Source of the DNA: Candidatus Omnitrophota bacterium
GTDB lineage: Bacteria > Omnitrophota > Gorgyraeia > Gygaellales > Profunditerraquicolaceae
Assembly: GCA_041651035.1 (NCBI GenBank)
Contig: JBAZKC010000001.1
Span: forward strand, 195,244 to 259,243
Direction: 5' to 3'
DNA: 64,000 nucleotides
The notes beneath the pieces were generated by a model. It saw nothing but the letters and a program-made list of their open reading frames with translations. It searched no databases and was not told where the DNA came from. Shown here piece by piece: positions 10,058-19,597 of this stretch (the first letter of the stretch is position 1; each line of letters begins with the position of its first letter). Position numbers and translations under genes: made by a program.

Positions 10058-10076
10058 ATAATTTTTATAAAATAAA

Positions 10077-10108
10077 GGGGACGGTTCTGTTTTAACAGAA
10101 CCGTCCCC
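10077..10108. terminator. GC-rich hairpin GGGGACGGTTCTG-ttttaa-CAGAACCGTCCCC with flanking A/T runs (bidirectional terminator; repeat family A)
   Basis: 13-bp perfect stem, T-run downstream and A-run upstream. Confidence 0.6.
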
Positions 10109-10128
10109 TTGTTTTCCCTCTGATATGC

Positions 10129-11502
10129 CTAGGGGGATTTATGGGGGGTTTGTTCAATATTTATATAATCCTTAAAACCTATGCCCTCGCCCAACTCCTG
10201 CTTTACTACCCTTATCCTGTCCGGGACGTAGGGGTGGGTTTTATAATATGACCTTGGCATCAAGGGCCTGCGCCTGTTTATATCCTGCAGCTTAGTCAGG
10301 AAGTTAATCATACCGCGGGGGTCGTATCCGGCTGCTTTTAAATACCGCACACTTAACTGGTCGGCAAGCAATTCATCTTCCCGGGAATACCCTAGTAATA
10401 ATTCGGTAAAGGCGGTGTCCGCGGCAACGCCCGTTCCCGAGGATGCAGATGTTACGGCAACCAGTATCCTTAATACAGAATACCCTTCTATCGCCTGAAG
10501 TTTCTTGATGCTGTGGCGGGCGACAATATGGCCAACTTCATGGGCCAGGACACCTGCTAACTCGTTATCATCAGCCGCCTTTTCCACCAAGCCCCTGTTT
10601 ACATAAATAAAACCTCCGGGCAGAGACACGGCGTTTACTTCATCTTCATCCAGCACCATAAAATGATAAACTATTTCTTTCCTGTCACAGACAGCGGCTA
10701 TTTTCTTACCAATGTCCTCCACGCGTTTCTGCATAAGAGGATCGACAGCCGGCTTATATTCCTTTTCTACCTGCCGCGCGATAGCCTGGCCTATCTGCAC
10801 CTCTTTATCAGTACTGTAATAGAACGTCTCTTGCTGGCCGGTAACAATATTGTATTCAGTAGAACAACCAGAGAGAAAAACAGTAGATAGCAGGCAACAG
10901 GTAGCAGTTAGAAAGAAAAGAAATAATTTTACGTCCAACTCCTTAAGCATAAGATAAAGCTTTCTCAAGGGCAATCCCACGACGTTATAAAAACAGCCTT
11001 CGATCCTCCTGATAAAAAGAGCTCCCTGGCCCTGGATATCAAAACTGCCCGCTTTATCCAAAGGCGAAACGCGGTTAAAATAACCGTCTATTTCTTTATC
11101 GGACAATTTATCCATATAAACCTTGGTCTTTTCATAATCAACTAAGGCCCTGTTTTTATCCTTATCAATTACGGCGATACCGGTATAGAGCCACTGCGGC
11201 TTGCTGGACAACTTCTTTAACATAGCCCTGGCATGTTTTAAATCCCCGGGTTTACCGAATATCTTTTTATCCTGCACCACAATGGTATCCGCGGCGATAA
11301 TAATGCCTTGGCTGACTTTACAGGCAGCCTGCCGCGCCTTACGGATAGCGTTGCCTTTAACCATCTTTGCGTAAGACAAGCTTCCAGGTTTCCTCTGTTC
11401 TTTTATCCTGACGGGCAAAACCTTAAAACGCAATCCCAGTATTTCCAGAAGTTTCTTTCTAGCTTTAGATCCGGAGGCTAAATATATTTGTCTCATACCC
11501 AT
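10129..11502 (-). CDS. continuous ORF: N-terminal Maf nucleotide pyrophosphatase domain fused in frame to lipoprotein-type M48 zinc metallopeptidase (HEVGH)
   Basis: aa 1-~185 Maf-like (ASGSKARKKLLEILGL...); then MLKELDVKLFLFFLTATCCLLSTVFLSGCS (lipobox-like) and HEVGHIVARH M48 motif; no stop between. Confidence 0.65.
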   Translation of the reverse strand: MGMRQIYLASGSKARKKLLEILGLRFKVLPVRIKEQRKPGSLSYAKMVKGNAIRKARQAACKVSQGIIIAADTIVVQDKKIFGKPGDLKHARAMLKKLSSKPQWLYTGIAVIDKDKNRALVDYEKTKVYMDKLSDKEIDGYFNRVSPLDKAGSFDIQGQGALFIRRIEGCFYNVVGLPLRKLYLMLKELDVKLFLFFLTATCCLLSTVFLSGCSTEYNIVTGQQETFYYSTDKEVQIGQAIARQVEKEYKPAVDPLMQKRVEDIGKKIAAVCDRKEIVYHFMVLDEDEVNAVSLPGGFIYVNRGLVEKAADDNELAGVLAHEVGHIVARHSIKKLQAIEGYSVLRILVAVTSASSGTGVAADTAFTELLLGYSREDELLADQLSVRYLKAAGYDPRGMINFLTKLQDINRRRPLMPRSYYKTHPYVPDRIRVVKQELGEGIGFKDYINIEQTPHKSP

Positions 11503-11516
11503 TGTAGTAGCTTCGC

Positions 11517-12770
11517 CTAATTTGATGCCGCGCTCTCTCCGGCCAGATAACCCGTAGAAAACGCCGCCTGCAGATTAAACCCGCCTGTATCCGCGTCTAC
11601 ATCTATGATCTCTCCGGCAAAATACAGCCCAGGCATAAGCCGCGATTCCATAGTGCGCGGGTTTATGTCTTTTAAAGAAACGCCGCCGCAGGTAACCATA
11701 GCTTCCTCTATCGGCCTGGGCTTAATAATATCCAAACGCAGGCCCTTTAAAAGAGACACTATTTTCTCACGCTCAAGCTTTGTAACCTGGCTTACTTTTC
11801 TATCAGGAGCGATATTAGCTATGTCTATGAAACAATCTATCAGCCTTAGCGGCAATAAACTTTTAAGCGTATTCTTAAAGCTCTTTTTGGGATTCAACCC
11901 GAACTCTCTTAGCAGCCTGGCATCCAGCTGTTCCCTAGACAGCGCGGGTTTTAAATCTATCTCCACATAAACATGCTTATCCTGGATAAGCCAATCTACG
12001 ATCTGACAGCTTTTAGTCAGGACCAGGGGCCCTGAAATACCGGAAGCTGTAAATAATAACTCCCCGATCTCAGTAACAATTTGCTTCTGGCCGCGTTTAA
12101 CCGGTAAAGAGGCAAACTTAAGGCGTATATTTTTTAAAGACAGCCCTTCTAAACGCTCAGGATATTTTTGCCTGGTATCTAAAGGGACCAAGCCGGGCCT
12201 TAACTTCACTACAGAATGCCCTAACTTACGGGCTATCTCCAGGCCTTCTCCGGTAGAACCGGTAAAACTATAAGATATGCCCCCGGTAGCTAAAATAACT
12301 TTATCCGCGGATAAGAATTCTCCGCCGGAGAGCATAACCCCCTTTACCCTGCCATCCTGTACCGCTATATCTTTTACTGAAGACTTATAAAGGATTTTTA
12401 TCCCCTGCAACCCCTTTTTTAACACCTCCAGGATGCTGTTTGACTGATCAGTCACAGGAAATACTCTCAACTGCCTTTCTATTTTAAGCTCAAGGCCCCT
12501 GTCTTCAAAAAACTTCATTAAATCACGGTTAAAGAATTTCTTGAATGCGTCTCTTAAGAATTGGCCGTTATGGGAAAACCTTTCCAGGAATGATTCCAGA
12601 TCGCAGAGATTAGTAAGATTGCAGCGGCCTTTGCCGCTCAAAATAAGTTTCTTACCCAGGATGGGATTCTTTTCTAGGAGAATTACGTCTTGCTGTAATT
12701 GGCCGGCCCTGATCGCCGCCATCATGCCGGCAGGGCCGCCGCCTACCACAATTATTCTTTTTGCTTCCAC
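11517..12770 (-). CDS. HI0933/BaiN-family NAD(P)/FAD-dependent flavoprotein
   Basis: N-terminal VVGGGPAGMMAA dinucleotide fold, family-typical length 417 aa. Confidence 0.7.
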   Translation of the reverse strand: MEAKRIIVVGGGPAGMMAAIRAGQLQQDVILLEKNPILGKKLILSGKGRCNLTNLCDLESFLERFSHNGQFLRDAFKKFFNRDLMKFFEDRGLELKIERQLRVFPVTDQSNSILEVLKKGLQGIKILYKSSVKDIAVQDGRVKGVMLSGGEFLSADKVILATGGISYSFTGSTGEGLEIARKLGHSVVKLRPGLVPLDTRQKYPERLEGLSLKNIRLKFASLPVKRGQKQIVTEIGELLFTASGISGPLVLTKSCQIVDWLIQDKHVYVEIDLKPALSREQLDARLLREFGLNPKKSFKNTLKSLLPLRLIDCFIDIANIAPDRKVSQVTKLEREKIVSLLKGLRLDIIKPRPIEEAMVTCGGVSLKDINPRTMESRLMPGLYFAGEIIDVDADTGGFNLQAAFSTGYLAGESAASN

Positions 12771-12781
12771 TAAGGATACCT

Positions 12782-13342
12782 TTATCCAATAATATCCAAA
12801 CGGGAAAATATGGATTCCAGCGTTAAGCCGGCCTTTGCTAGGTTTTCTCCGGCGCCTTCCTGCCTGTCTACGATCACTATTGACCGCTCGATTATAACGC
12901 CTTGTTTTTCTAAAGCCTGTTTTGCTTCGATCAAAGCTTTGCCTGTTGTAGCCACATCATCAACCAAGGCCACCCTATCCCCTTTTTTTAACGCGGGGCC
13001 TTCAATTTGACGCATCGTACCGTGTTCTTTACTGCTCTTGCGCACGATAAACGTCTTTATCGGAATACGGTTAATATGGCTGAGGCAGGCAACAGCTCCC
13101 ACGATAGGGTCAGCGCCCAGAGTAGGCCCTCCGACAGCGTCAATCTTGCTTCCTTTTATCAATTCCAGGATGATACTTGCCACAAGATAAACGCCCTCAG
13201 GGGTCAAGGTGATTATACGTCCGTCAAGATAATAATCGCTGGTCTTGCCGGAGGACAAAATGAATTGCCCTTTTTTTAAGGCATCCTTCTTAAGAAGGGC
13301 CAATAATCCTTTTTTCAGCTCTTTTAAATTATTCTCTTCCAT
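12782..13342 (-). CDS. pyrE: orotate phosphoribosyltransferase
   Basis: PRTase motif VALVDDVATTGKAL, 186 aa. Confidence 0.8.
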   Translation of the reverse strand: MEENNLKELKKGLLALLKKDALKKGQFILSSGKTSDYYLDGRIITLTPEGVYLVASIILELIKGSKIDAVGGPTLGADPIVGAVACLSHINRIPIKTFIVRKSSKEHGTMRQIEGPALKKGDRVALVDDVATTGKALIEAKQALEKQGVIIERSIVIVDRQEGAGENLAKAGLTLESIFSRLDIIG

Positions 13343-13405
13343 AGTGGATTTATTTTACTATTTTAAACAACTTATGTCAACCAGATTAGCGCGGCCTCAT
13401 TTATT

Positions 13406-13434
13406 TTGACAAATCCTGATTTAATTGTTATCAT
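13406..13434 (+). promoter_or_regulatory. sigma70-like promoter TTGACA-17-TATCAT directly abutting comF start
   Basis: TTGACA 13406-13411, TATCAT 13429-13434; first ATG at 13435, second at 13441. Confidence 0.4.
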
Positions 13435-14220
13435 ATGCCTATGATCCGTCGTCTTATAAACGGCCTCATAGACATTATATACCCTAAGAAATGTCTGGCC
13501 TGCGATAAGAAACTTGACGCGTCAGCGGCCGGTGCTTCGGTCATACACTACTCTCAGGATAAGCTCCTCCGGGACAGGCCAGCCGGGGATTTTATCTGCG
13601 GGGGCTGCTGGGACGGCATCAAAAGGAACCTGCCTCCTTTCTGTCACAGCTGCGGCAGGCGCCTGGAAAAAACAAGCTTTAGCAAAAATATCTGCCCGCG
13701 CTGCGTTAAGAAAAAATTGCATTTTGACCGGGCATTCAGCCCTTGCGTCTACACGGGAGTAACCAAAGAATTGATCCATGAGTTTAAATATAAAAATAAA
13801 GATTATCTCGGTTCTCCTTTGAGCGGCTTAATGGCTGAATTTATCAGAGAATATAACCTGCCTATGGATTGTTTGGATTTCATCGTTCCCATCCCTTTAC
13901 ATAAGACTAAATTACGCGAGAGAGAATTCAACCAGGCTGAAGTCTTAAGTAAGTATATCGCCAAAGAGTTCAGAAAAGACCTGCTGGTTGGAGCACTTCT
14001 GCGCCATCGGCCGACCAAGACGCAAACAGGACTGGAAACAAATGAGCGTTTCTTAAATGTTAAAGGAAGCTTCTCGGTAAAAAAGCCCGGTGACGTAAAA
14101 GGCAAAAACCTGCTCATAGTTGACGACGTGTTGACCACGGGGGCAACCTCTTCCGAAGCGGCGCGGGCATTAAAAGACGCGGGAGCTAATATCGTATTTA
14201 TCCTGACCCTGGCTAATTAA
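13435..14220 (+). CDS. comF: ComF-family protein (double zinc ribbon + phosphoribosyltransferase domain)
   Basis: CxxC pairs then LLIVDDVLTTGATSSEAARAL PRT motif. Confidence 0.75.
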   Translation: MPMIRRLINGLIDIIYPKKCLACDKKLDASAAGASVIHYSQDKLLRDRPAGDFICGGCWDGIKRNLPPFCHSCGRRLEKTSFSKNICPRCVKKKLHFDRAFSPCVYTGVTKELIHEFKYKNKDYLGSPLSGLMAEFIREYNLPMDCLDFIVPIPLHKTKLREREFNQAEVLSKYIAKEFRKDLLVGALLRHRPTKTQTGLETNERFLNVKGSFSVKKPGDVKGKNLLIVDDVLTTGATSSEAARALKDAGANIVFILTLAN

Positions 14221-14224
14221 ACCT

Positions 14225-15331
14225 ATGAAAATACTGAGGAATTATTTCTTAAAAGAATTCATCGGGCCGCTATTGCTGTCATTGGGCGTGCTCAGTTTCA
14301 TAATGATCGTGGTAGGCAACCTAAAAAGAATAGCCGACCTGGTAATTAACCGGGGCGTTGACCTGTATAGCGTCTTAAAGCTATTCCTGCTTATGGCCCC
14401 CTATATGATTACTTACGCGCTGCCTATTTCCGTATTGATCGCCGTGCTCATATCACTGGGGAGATTGTCAAGCGATAATGAAATTGTGGCTATAAGGGCA
14501 AGCGGGGTAAATTTATTCAGCCTGATACTGCCGCTTATTATGGTGGGAACGATCTTAAGCCTGGCGCTGGTCATATTTAACGACCGGGCTGCTTCCTACG
14601 CGCATTACGAATATAGGAAAACAATAGTAGCGGTGGGGATAAAAAATCCTACTGCCGCGTTTGAAGAAGGGGTATTCATTAATTCTTTCCAGAAATACAT
14701 CTTGTTTATCTACCACGTAGACCAGAAGAAAAACAAGCTTAACAACGTACGCATCTATGAACCTCAAGGAGAAGGCAAGCCCACCCGTACTATCGTTGCT
14801 AAAGCCGGAGAGTTTATCGCCGTACCGGAGAAGAATACCGTCAAGTTAAAGCTTATAGACGGGACAAGCGATGAGCCGGATCCGGAGAACCCCACTAATT
14901 TCTATAAATTGAATTTCAAGACTTACTTCATGAATTTAAACCTGGCCCAGGCCCAGAACAAAGATAAAATAGGGAAAAAACCTAAAGATATGAACATACA
15001 GGAGCTAAGAAATGAGATTGCTAATCTGGAAAAAGACGGGGTTGACACTACGCCGCTGGCCACCGAGATACAAGAAAAAATAACCCTGGCTTTCTCCTGC
15101 CTGGTGTTCATACTCCTGGGCGCGCCTCTGGCAATGATCACCCGCCGGAGGGAAAAATCGATCAACATCGGCATCGCCATACTGGTAATAGTCATATATT
15201 ACCCTCTCTTTATCGGCTGCGAGGCCCTGGCAATACAAAACTACCTTGCCCCTGGGATCGCCATGTGGATCCCCAATATCATCTTTGGGGCGATCGGGAT
15301 AATCTTAACTCACAAGCTATGCGCATCCTAG
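14225..15331 (+). CDS. lptF: LptF/LptG-family LPS export permease
   Basis: YjgP/YjgQ-like topology, 368 aa. Confidence 0.7.
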   Translation: MKILRNYFLKEFIGPLLLSLGVLSFIMIVVGNLKRIADLVINRGVDLYSVLKLFLLMAPYMITYALPISVLIAVLISLGRLSSDNEIVAIRASGVNLFSLILPLIMVGTILSLALVIFNDRAASYAHYEYRKTIVAVGIKNPTAAFEEGVFINSFQKYILFIYHVDQKKNKLNNVRIYEPQGEGKPTRTIVAKAGEFIAVPEKNTVKLKLIDGTSDEPDPENPTNFYKLNFKTYFMNLNLAQAQNKDKIGKKPKDMNIQELRNEIANLEKDGVDTTPLATEIQEKITLAFSCLVFILLGAPLAMITRRREKSINIGIAILVIVIYYPLFIGCEALAIQNYLAPGIAMWIPNIIFGAIGIILTHKLCAS

Positions 15332-16419
15332 ACCGCTATATATTAAGATCCGTACTGTCTATCTTCTTTTCCTGTATTTTTACCTTCCTCTTCATGTATG
15401 TTATTATCGACCTATTATCCCACTTAGAAGATGTATTAAAACACCAGGTCAGCTTCTATATCCTGATACAATACTATATGTCGTACCTGCCTATTATGTT
15501 TGTTCAGGTAGCGCCTTTTGCCTGCCTGCTCAGCACGTTATATACGCTCGGAAAACTAAACCAGGATAACGAGATCATCGCTATGCGCTCAGCGGGATTA
15601 AGCATATTCCAGATAACCAAGACGATAATTATATTCGGGATGCTGATCAGCTTGTTTATATTCTGGGTTGGCGATAAGATCGTCCCGGGATCCCTGGTAT
15701 TGACCCAAAGAATAAAATCCCAGATGGAAGAGGGCACAAAAAGAGCTAAAGGAAAAGAACAGGAAACCATCACTAACCTTACTATGTACGGCCTGAAGAA
15801 CAGGCTCTTCTTTATAAATAAATTTTATCCCGCCTCAAGCACAATGGAAGGCATAACCATACTGGAACACGACGAGCATCAAAATATAAGCAAGAAAATC
15901 GCGGCGAATAAAGGAGTTTATACTGATGGCCTATGGAAGTTTTACCGGTGCATAACCTACAACTTTGACCAGAATGGACAGATATTGCAGGAACCCCAGT
16001 ATTCCGAAGAAGAAATAATGATCATACCTGAAACCCCGCAGGATTTTATAAATCAAAGGCAGCGCCCGGACTTTATGTCCATAGCCCAGCTTGAGGACTA
16101 TATATGGAAATTATCCAGAAGCGGGGCCTCTACAGTTATACGCGGCCTTAAACTGGACCTTTACCAAAGGTTCACTTCACCCTTCACCAGCCTGATCATT
16201 ATTCTCCTGGGCATACCTTTTTCATTAATAATGAGAAGGCGCGCTACGGGGCTGTCTTCCATAGGTATTTCCATTATGGTAGGATTCTTATACTATATAC
16301 TGGAAGCGGTAAGTATCGCCTTGGGAAGAGGAGGAATACTCCCTCCGATGTTAGCAGCTTCTTTGAGCCATATTATAGCACTGCTGTTTGGCCTACACCT
16401 GATTGACACTCTGCCTTAA
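15265..16419 (+). CDS. lptG: LptF/LptG-family LPS export permease (paralog)
   Basis: YjgP/YjgQ-like, 384 aa; true start probably downstream of 15331 overlap. Confidence 0.7.
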   Translation: MDPQYHLWGDRDNLNSQAMRILDRYILRSVLSIFFSCIFTFLFMYVIIDLLSHLEDVLKHQVSFYILIQYYMSYLPIMFVQVAPFACLLSTLYTLGKLNQDNEIIAMRSAGLSIFQITKTIIIFGMLISLFIFWVGDKIVPGSLVLTQRIKSQMEEGTKRAKGKEQETITNLTMYGLKNRLFFINKFYPASSTMEGITILEHDEHQNISKKIAANKGVYTDGLWKFYRCITYNFDQNGQILQEPQYSEEEIMIIPETPQDFINQRQRPDFMSIAQLEDYIWKLSRSGASTVIRGLKLDLYQRFTSPFTSLIIILLGIPFSLIMRRRATGLSSIGISIMVGFLYYILEAVSIALGRGGILPPMLAASLSHIIALLFGLHLIDTLP

Positions 16420-17540
16420 TTAATGTATATCCGGGGGATGCGGCTGCCTAAGCCGCAGACAAATTCATAGGGAATAGTTCCGGAAAGCCGCGCTAATTCT
16501 TCCGTAGTGATATTGTTCCTGCCTTGTGAACCGATAAGCACAACCTCATCTCCGGCCTTAACCGGAAAATTGCCCACATCTACCATGATCTGGTCCATAC
16601 AGATCCTTCCGCAGATCTTAAAACGCCTTCCGCCGATTAAAACCGGCGCCCTGCCGGATAAGTTACGGGGATATCCATCGCCGTAACCTATAGGCAAAGT
16701 CGCGATCCTTGTCTCTCTCTTGGTAACGTAGTCATGCCCATAGCTTATACCATAACCGACAGGCACCTTCTTGACAAATACAACCTTTGTTTTTAAACTT
16801 AAGACCGGCTTTAATTTTATCTTTGAACTTTTCGCAGGATACAACCCATAAACCACTAACCCGGGCCTGGCCATGTTAAAATGGCTGACCTTGTAGTCAA
16901 TAAGAGCTATGCTGTTTGCCGCGTGGACCAAAGGTATATTTATCCCGGAGCTGTTTAACCTTTGGATCAAATGTTTAAACAGGTTTATCTGATAGGATGT
17001 AAACTCTTTATTCATATCCGCGAAGGCAAAATGCGTGAATATTCCCTCGATATTTATAAATTTCATTTTATGGACTTTCCCTACCAGCTTCTCGGCGTCT
17101 TCAGATAAAACTCCGATCCTGCCCATACCCGTATCAACCTTAATATGCACGTTTACCGGCCTGCCCAGCGCCCGGGCTTTATTGTTTAAACTAAAAGCCA
17201 GCCCTTCGTCACAGACAGTGGGAGTAAGTTTATATCTAAATACGGGTTTGATATCGTTTTTAAGCACCAACCCCAGTATCAAAATAGGCAAGGACACCCC
17301 TGCTTTCCTTAATTTTATACCTTCATCAATAGAGGCAACGCCAAAGAAATCCACCCCGTCAGACACCAGCCTCCTGGCTATGGGAATTAAACCATGCCCG
17401 TAGGCATCTGCCTTGATAGTGACCATAACCTTAGTAGAAGCCGACAGTTTCTTTCTTACCTGATTTAAATTGTAAGTAAGGTTGCCTAACTTGATCTCCG
17501 CCCAGGTGGGCCTGTATCCTATATGGCTGTTTTTATTCAT
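16416..17540 (-). CDS. alr: alanine racemase
   Basis: PLP motif VTIKADAYGHG, 374 aa. Confidence 0.85.
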   Translation of the reverse strand: MNKNSHIGYRPTWAEIKLGNLTYNLNQVRKKLSASTKVMVTIKADAYGHGLIPIARRLVSDGVDFFGVASIDEGIKLRKAGVSLPILILGLVLKNDIKPVFRYKLTPTVCDEGLAFSLNNKARALGRPVNVHIKVDTGMGRIGVLSEDAEKLVGKVHKMKFINIEGIFTHFAFADMNKEFTSYQINLFKHLIQRLNSSGINIPLVHAANSIALIDYKVSHFNMARPGLVVYGLYPAKSSKIKLKPVLSLKTKVVFVKKVPVGYGISYGHDYVTKRETRIATLPIGYGDGYPRNLSGRAPVLIGGRRFKICGRICMDQIMVDVGNFPVKAGDEVVLIGSQGRNNITTEELARLSGTIPYEFVCGLGSRIPRIYIN

Positions 17541-17548
17541 ATCGCGCT

Positions 17549-18247
17549 TTACACTTTACGCTTATTTATCTGGCATTCTTTGGGATAAAGATAGATCGGC
17601 TTTATATCAAGAGGGCTGTCGAATTGCCTCTCCTTTATCCTCTCTAACGAAAGCTCAATGATATGGCGGGCTTTCGGATACCAATGATCCTTGTCTAAAA
17701 TACCCGCTCCTTTTATATTCCTCAAGATATCTTCTTTATACAAACCGACCGCGTCGCCCAATATTATACTGCCGGGTTTAGCGCACTTCAGGAATTCTTC
17801 CGGGCTAAGCAGCATATAGGGCTTTAGCCTGCGCGCCATCCCGTCCTTATTCTTATAAACAGAGCAGTAGATAAGGTTTCTTTTGGCATCGATAGCGGGG
17901 ATAACCAGTTTGTCTACGCCCGCCGCGTTCCTGGCTAAGATATCCAGAGTCGGTATCCCTATCACAGGTTTATTCACCGGCCAACTCAATCCTTTTATGG
18001 CAGCAAGGCCCAGGCGTATGCCGGTAAAAGAACCCGGGCCCAGGCCACAGGCAAAATAATCAATATCGGAAACCCGCCATCGCAACGCGTCCAGGATCCT
18101 TTTTATGGTTTGAGCCAGTAAAACAGAAAGCCCTCTTGATACTTCCAAATTGTATTCATATATCTTAGGCCCGCGGGGGATCCCGGCATCATCATAGATA
18201 CCTATACATAAGAACTTAGTAGTTGTATCAATGCCTAATATCTTCAT
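17549..18247 (-). CDS. tsaB: tRNA t6A biosynthesis protein TsaB
   Basis: MKILGIDTTT..., YeaZ-like. Confidence 0.8.
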   Translation of the reverse strand: MKILGIDTTTKFLCIGIYDDAGIPRGPKIYEYNLEVSRGLSVLLAQTIKRILDALRWRVSDIDYFACGLGPGSFTGIRLGLAAIKGLSWPVNKPVIGIPTLDILARNAAGVDKLVIPAIDAKRNLIYCSVYKNKDGMARRLKPYMLLSPEEFLKCAKPGSIILGDAVGLYKEDILRNIKGAGILDKDHWYPKARHIIELSLERIKERQFDSPLDIKPIYLYPKECQINKRKV

Positions 18248-18698
18248 GTATCCTCTCCAGTAATTCTTTATAACGCCTGCCGGATGCGGAAAACTTAAGC
18301 GATCTTCGCGAGCTGTCTTTAAAAGACAACTCTATCTTAAGGAATCCTCGCGGCAAAAGATACCCCAGCCTATCGGCCCACTCAATGATCGAAACTCCGT
18401 CGCCATAAAGGTATTCTTCATACCCTATGGCCGCTATATCTTTCGGGTCCTTTAGCCTGTAGAGATCAAAATGGTATACCGGTAACTTGCCGCTGTTATG
18501 CTCGCGTATCAATACAAACGAAGGGCTGATAACTTTATTTTTCTCAATACCTAAGCCTCCAGCAATACCCTTGGCCAGGACTGTCTTGCCGGAGCCTAAT
18601 TGTCCGAATAGGCAGATAACATCTCCTTTTTGCAGGTTTTTTGCGATGGCCCTGCCGATGCCTAGCGTGTCTTTTACAGACTTAGAAATCATTGTCAT
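18228..18698 (-). CDS. tsaE: tRNA t6A biosynthesis ATPase TsaE
   Basis: P-loop GQLGSGKT, YjeE-like 156 aa. Confidence 0.8.
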   Translation of the reverse strand: MTMISKSVKDTLGIGRAIAKNLQKGDVICLFGQLGSGKTVLAKGIAGGLGIEKNKVISPSFVLIREHNSGKLPVYHFDLYRLKDPKDIAAIGYEEYLYGDGVSIIEWADRLGYLLPRGFLKIELSFKDSSRRSLKFSASGRRYKELLERIHEDIRH

Positions 18699-19594
18699 TA
18701 AAAATGCCTGAACCCTTCGGGCTTGATGATCCTTTCCCTGTTCTTCTTATCTACCAGCCTTAAACCGGATCTCCTGTCTGTGATTCCTCCGATCGGTTTA
18801 AAGATAGCTGATCTTTTATGCAATATCTTTTTTGCTTCTTCGCGCGATAAGGTAAAAAGCAGCTCAAAATCTTCGCCGCTATAGAGCGCGTCATTAAGGC
18901 CGCGCGCCTGTTTGCTTAAAGGGATCAAATCTTCATATATTACCGCGCCCACCGAACTTTCCGTTAAAATATGGCCTAAATCTTGGGCTAGCCCGTCGGA
19001 GATATCGATCATTGAGTTTACCTTAAAATTCTTGGCCAAGAACCTGGCTTCTTCTAATCTGGGCTTAAACTTAAGATGTTTCCCCTGTATAGAGCCTCCA
19101 AGCGCCCCGGTCAGAAATATTACATCGCCTATCTTAGCGCCGCTTCTTAAGGTCAGGCGCTCTTTCTCCACAATGCCAGCCATACTGACATCTATAATAA
19201 GCTGCCCAGCGGAACTGATATCTCCTCCTATAATATTGATATGGTAATCCCTGGCAACGCTAAGCATGCCTTTAAAAAGCCGGTCTATAAATTTTACAGT
19301 AGTATCCCTGCGCATTGCCAGCGATATCAGGCAATAACGCGGCATGCCGCCGCAACTGGCTATGTCGCTGACTGATACAGCTAATGCCTTTCTGCCGATC
19401 AAATACGGATCGTCTTTAATGGTAAAATCCACTCCCTGGACTATCATATCGCAGGTAAGGAGCTGGTATCTCTTTTTATCAAAAGAAACTACGGCGCAAT
19501 CATCGCCTGAAGCCTTAATGACCGAAGGATCGGTCTTTATGAATTTCTTAAATCTTTTAATCAAGCCAAATTCGCCTAATTTAGTTATCAGCAT
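18698..19594 (-). CDS. thiL: thiamine-monophosphate kinase
   Basis: AIR-synthase-related fold, GEFGLIKRF start typical of ThiL. Confidence 0.8.
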   Translation of the reverse strand: MLITKLGEFGLIKRFKKFIKTDPSVIKASGDDCAVVSFDKKRYQLLTCDMIVQGVDFTIKDDPYLIGRKALAVSVSDIASCGGMPRYCLISLAMRRDTTVKFIDRLFKGMLSVARDYHINIIGGDISSAGQLIIDVSMAGIVEKERLTLRSGAKIGDVIFLTGALGGSIQGKHLKFKPRLEEARFLAKNFKVNSMIDISDGLAQDLGHILTESSVGAVIYEDLIPLSKQARGLNDALYSGEDFELLFTLSREEAKKILHKRSAIFKPIGGITDRRSGLRLVDKKNRERIIKPEGFRHF

Positions 19595-19597
19595 TTT

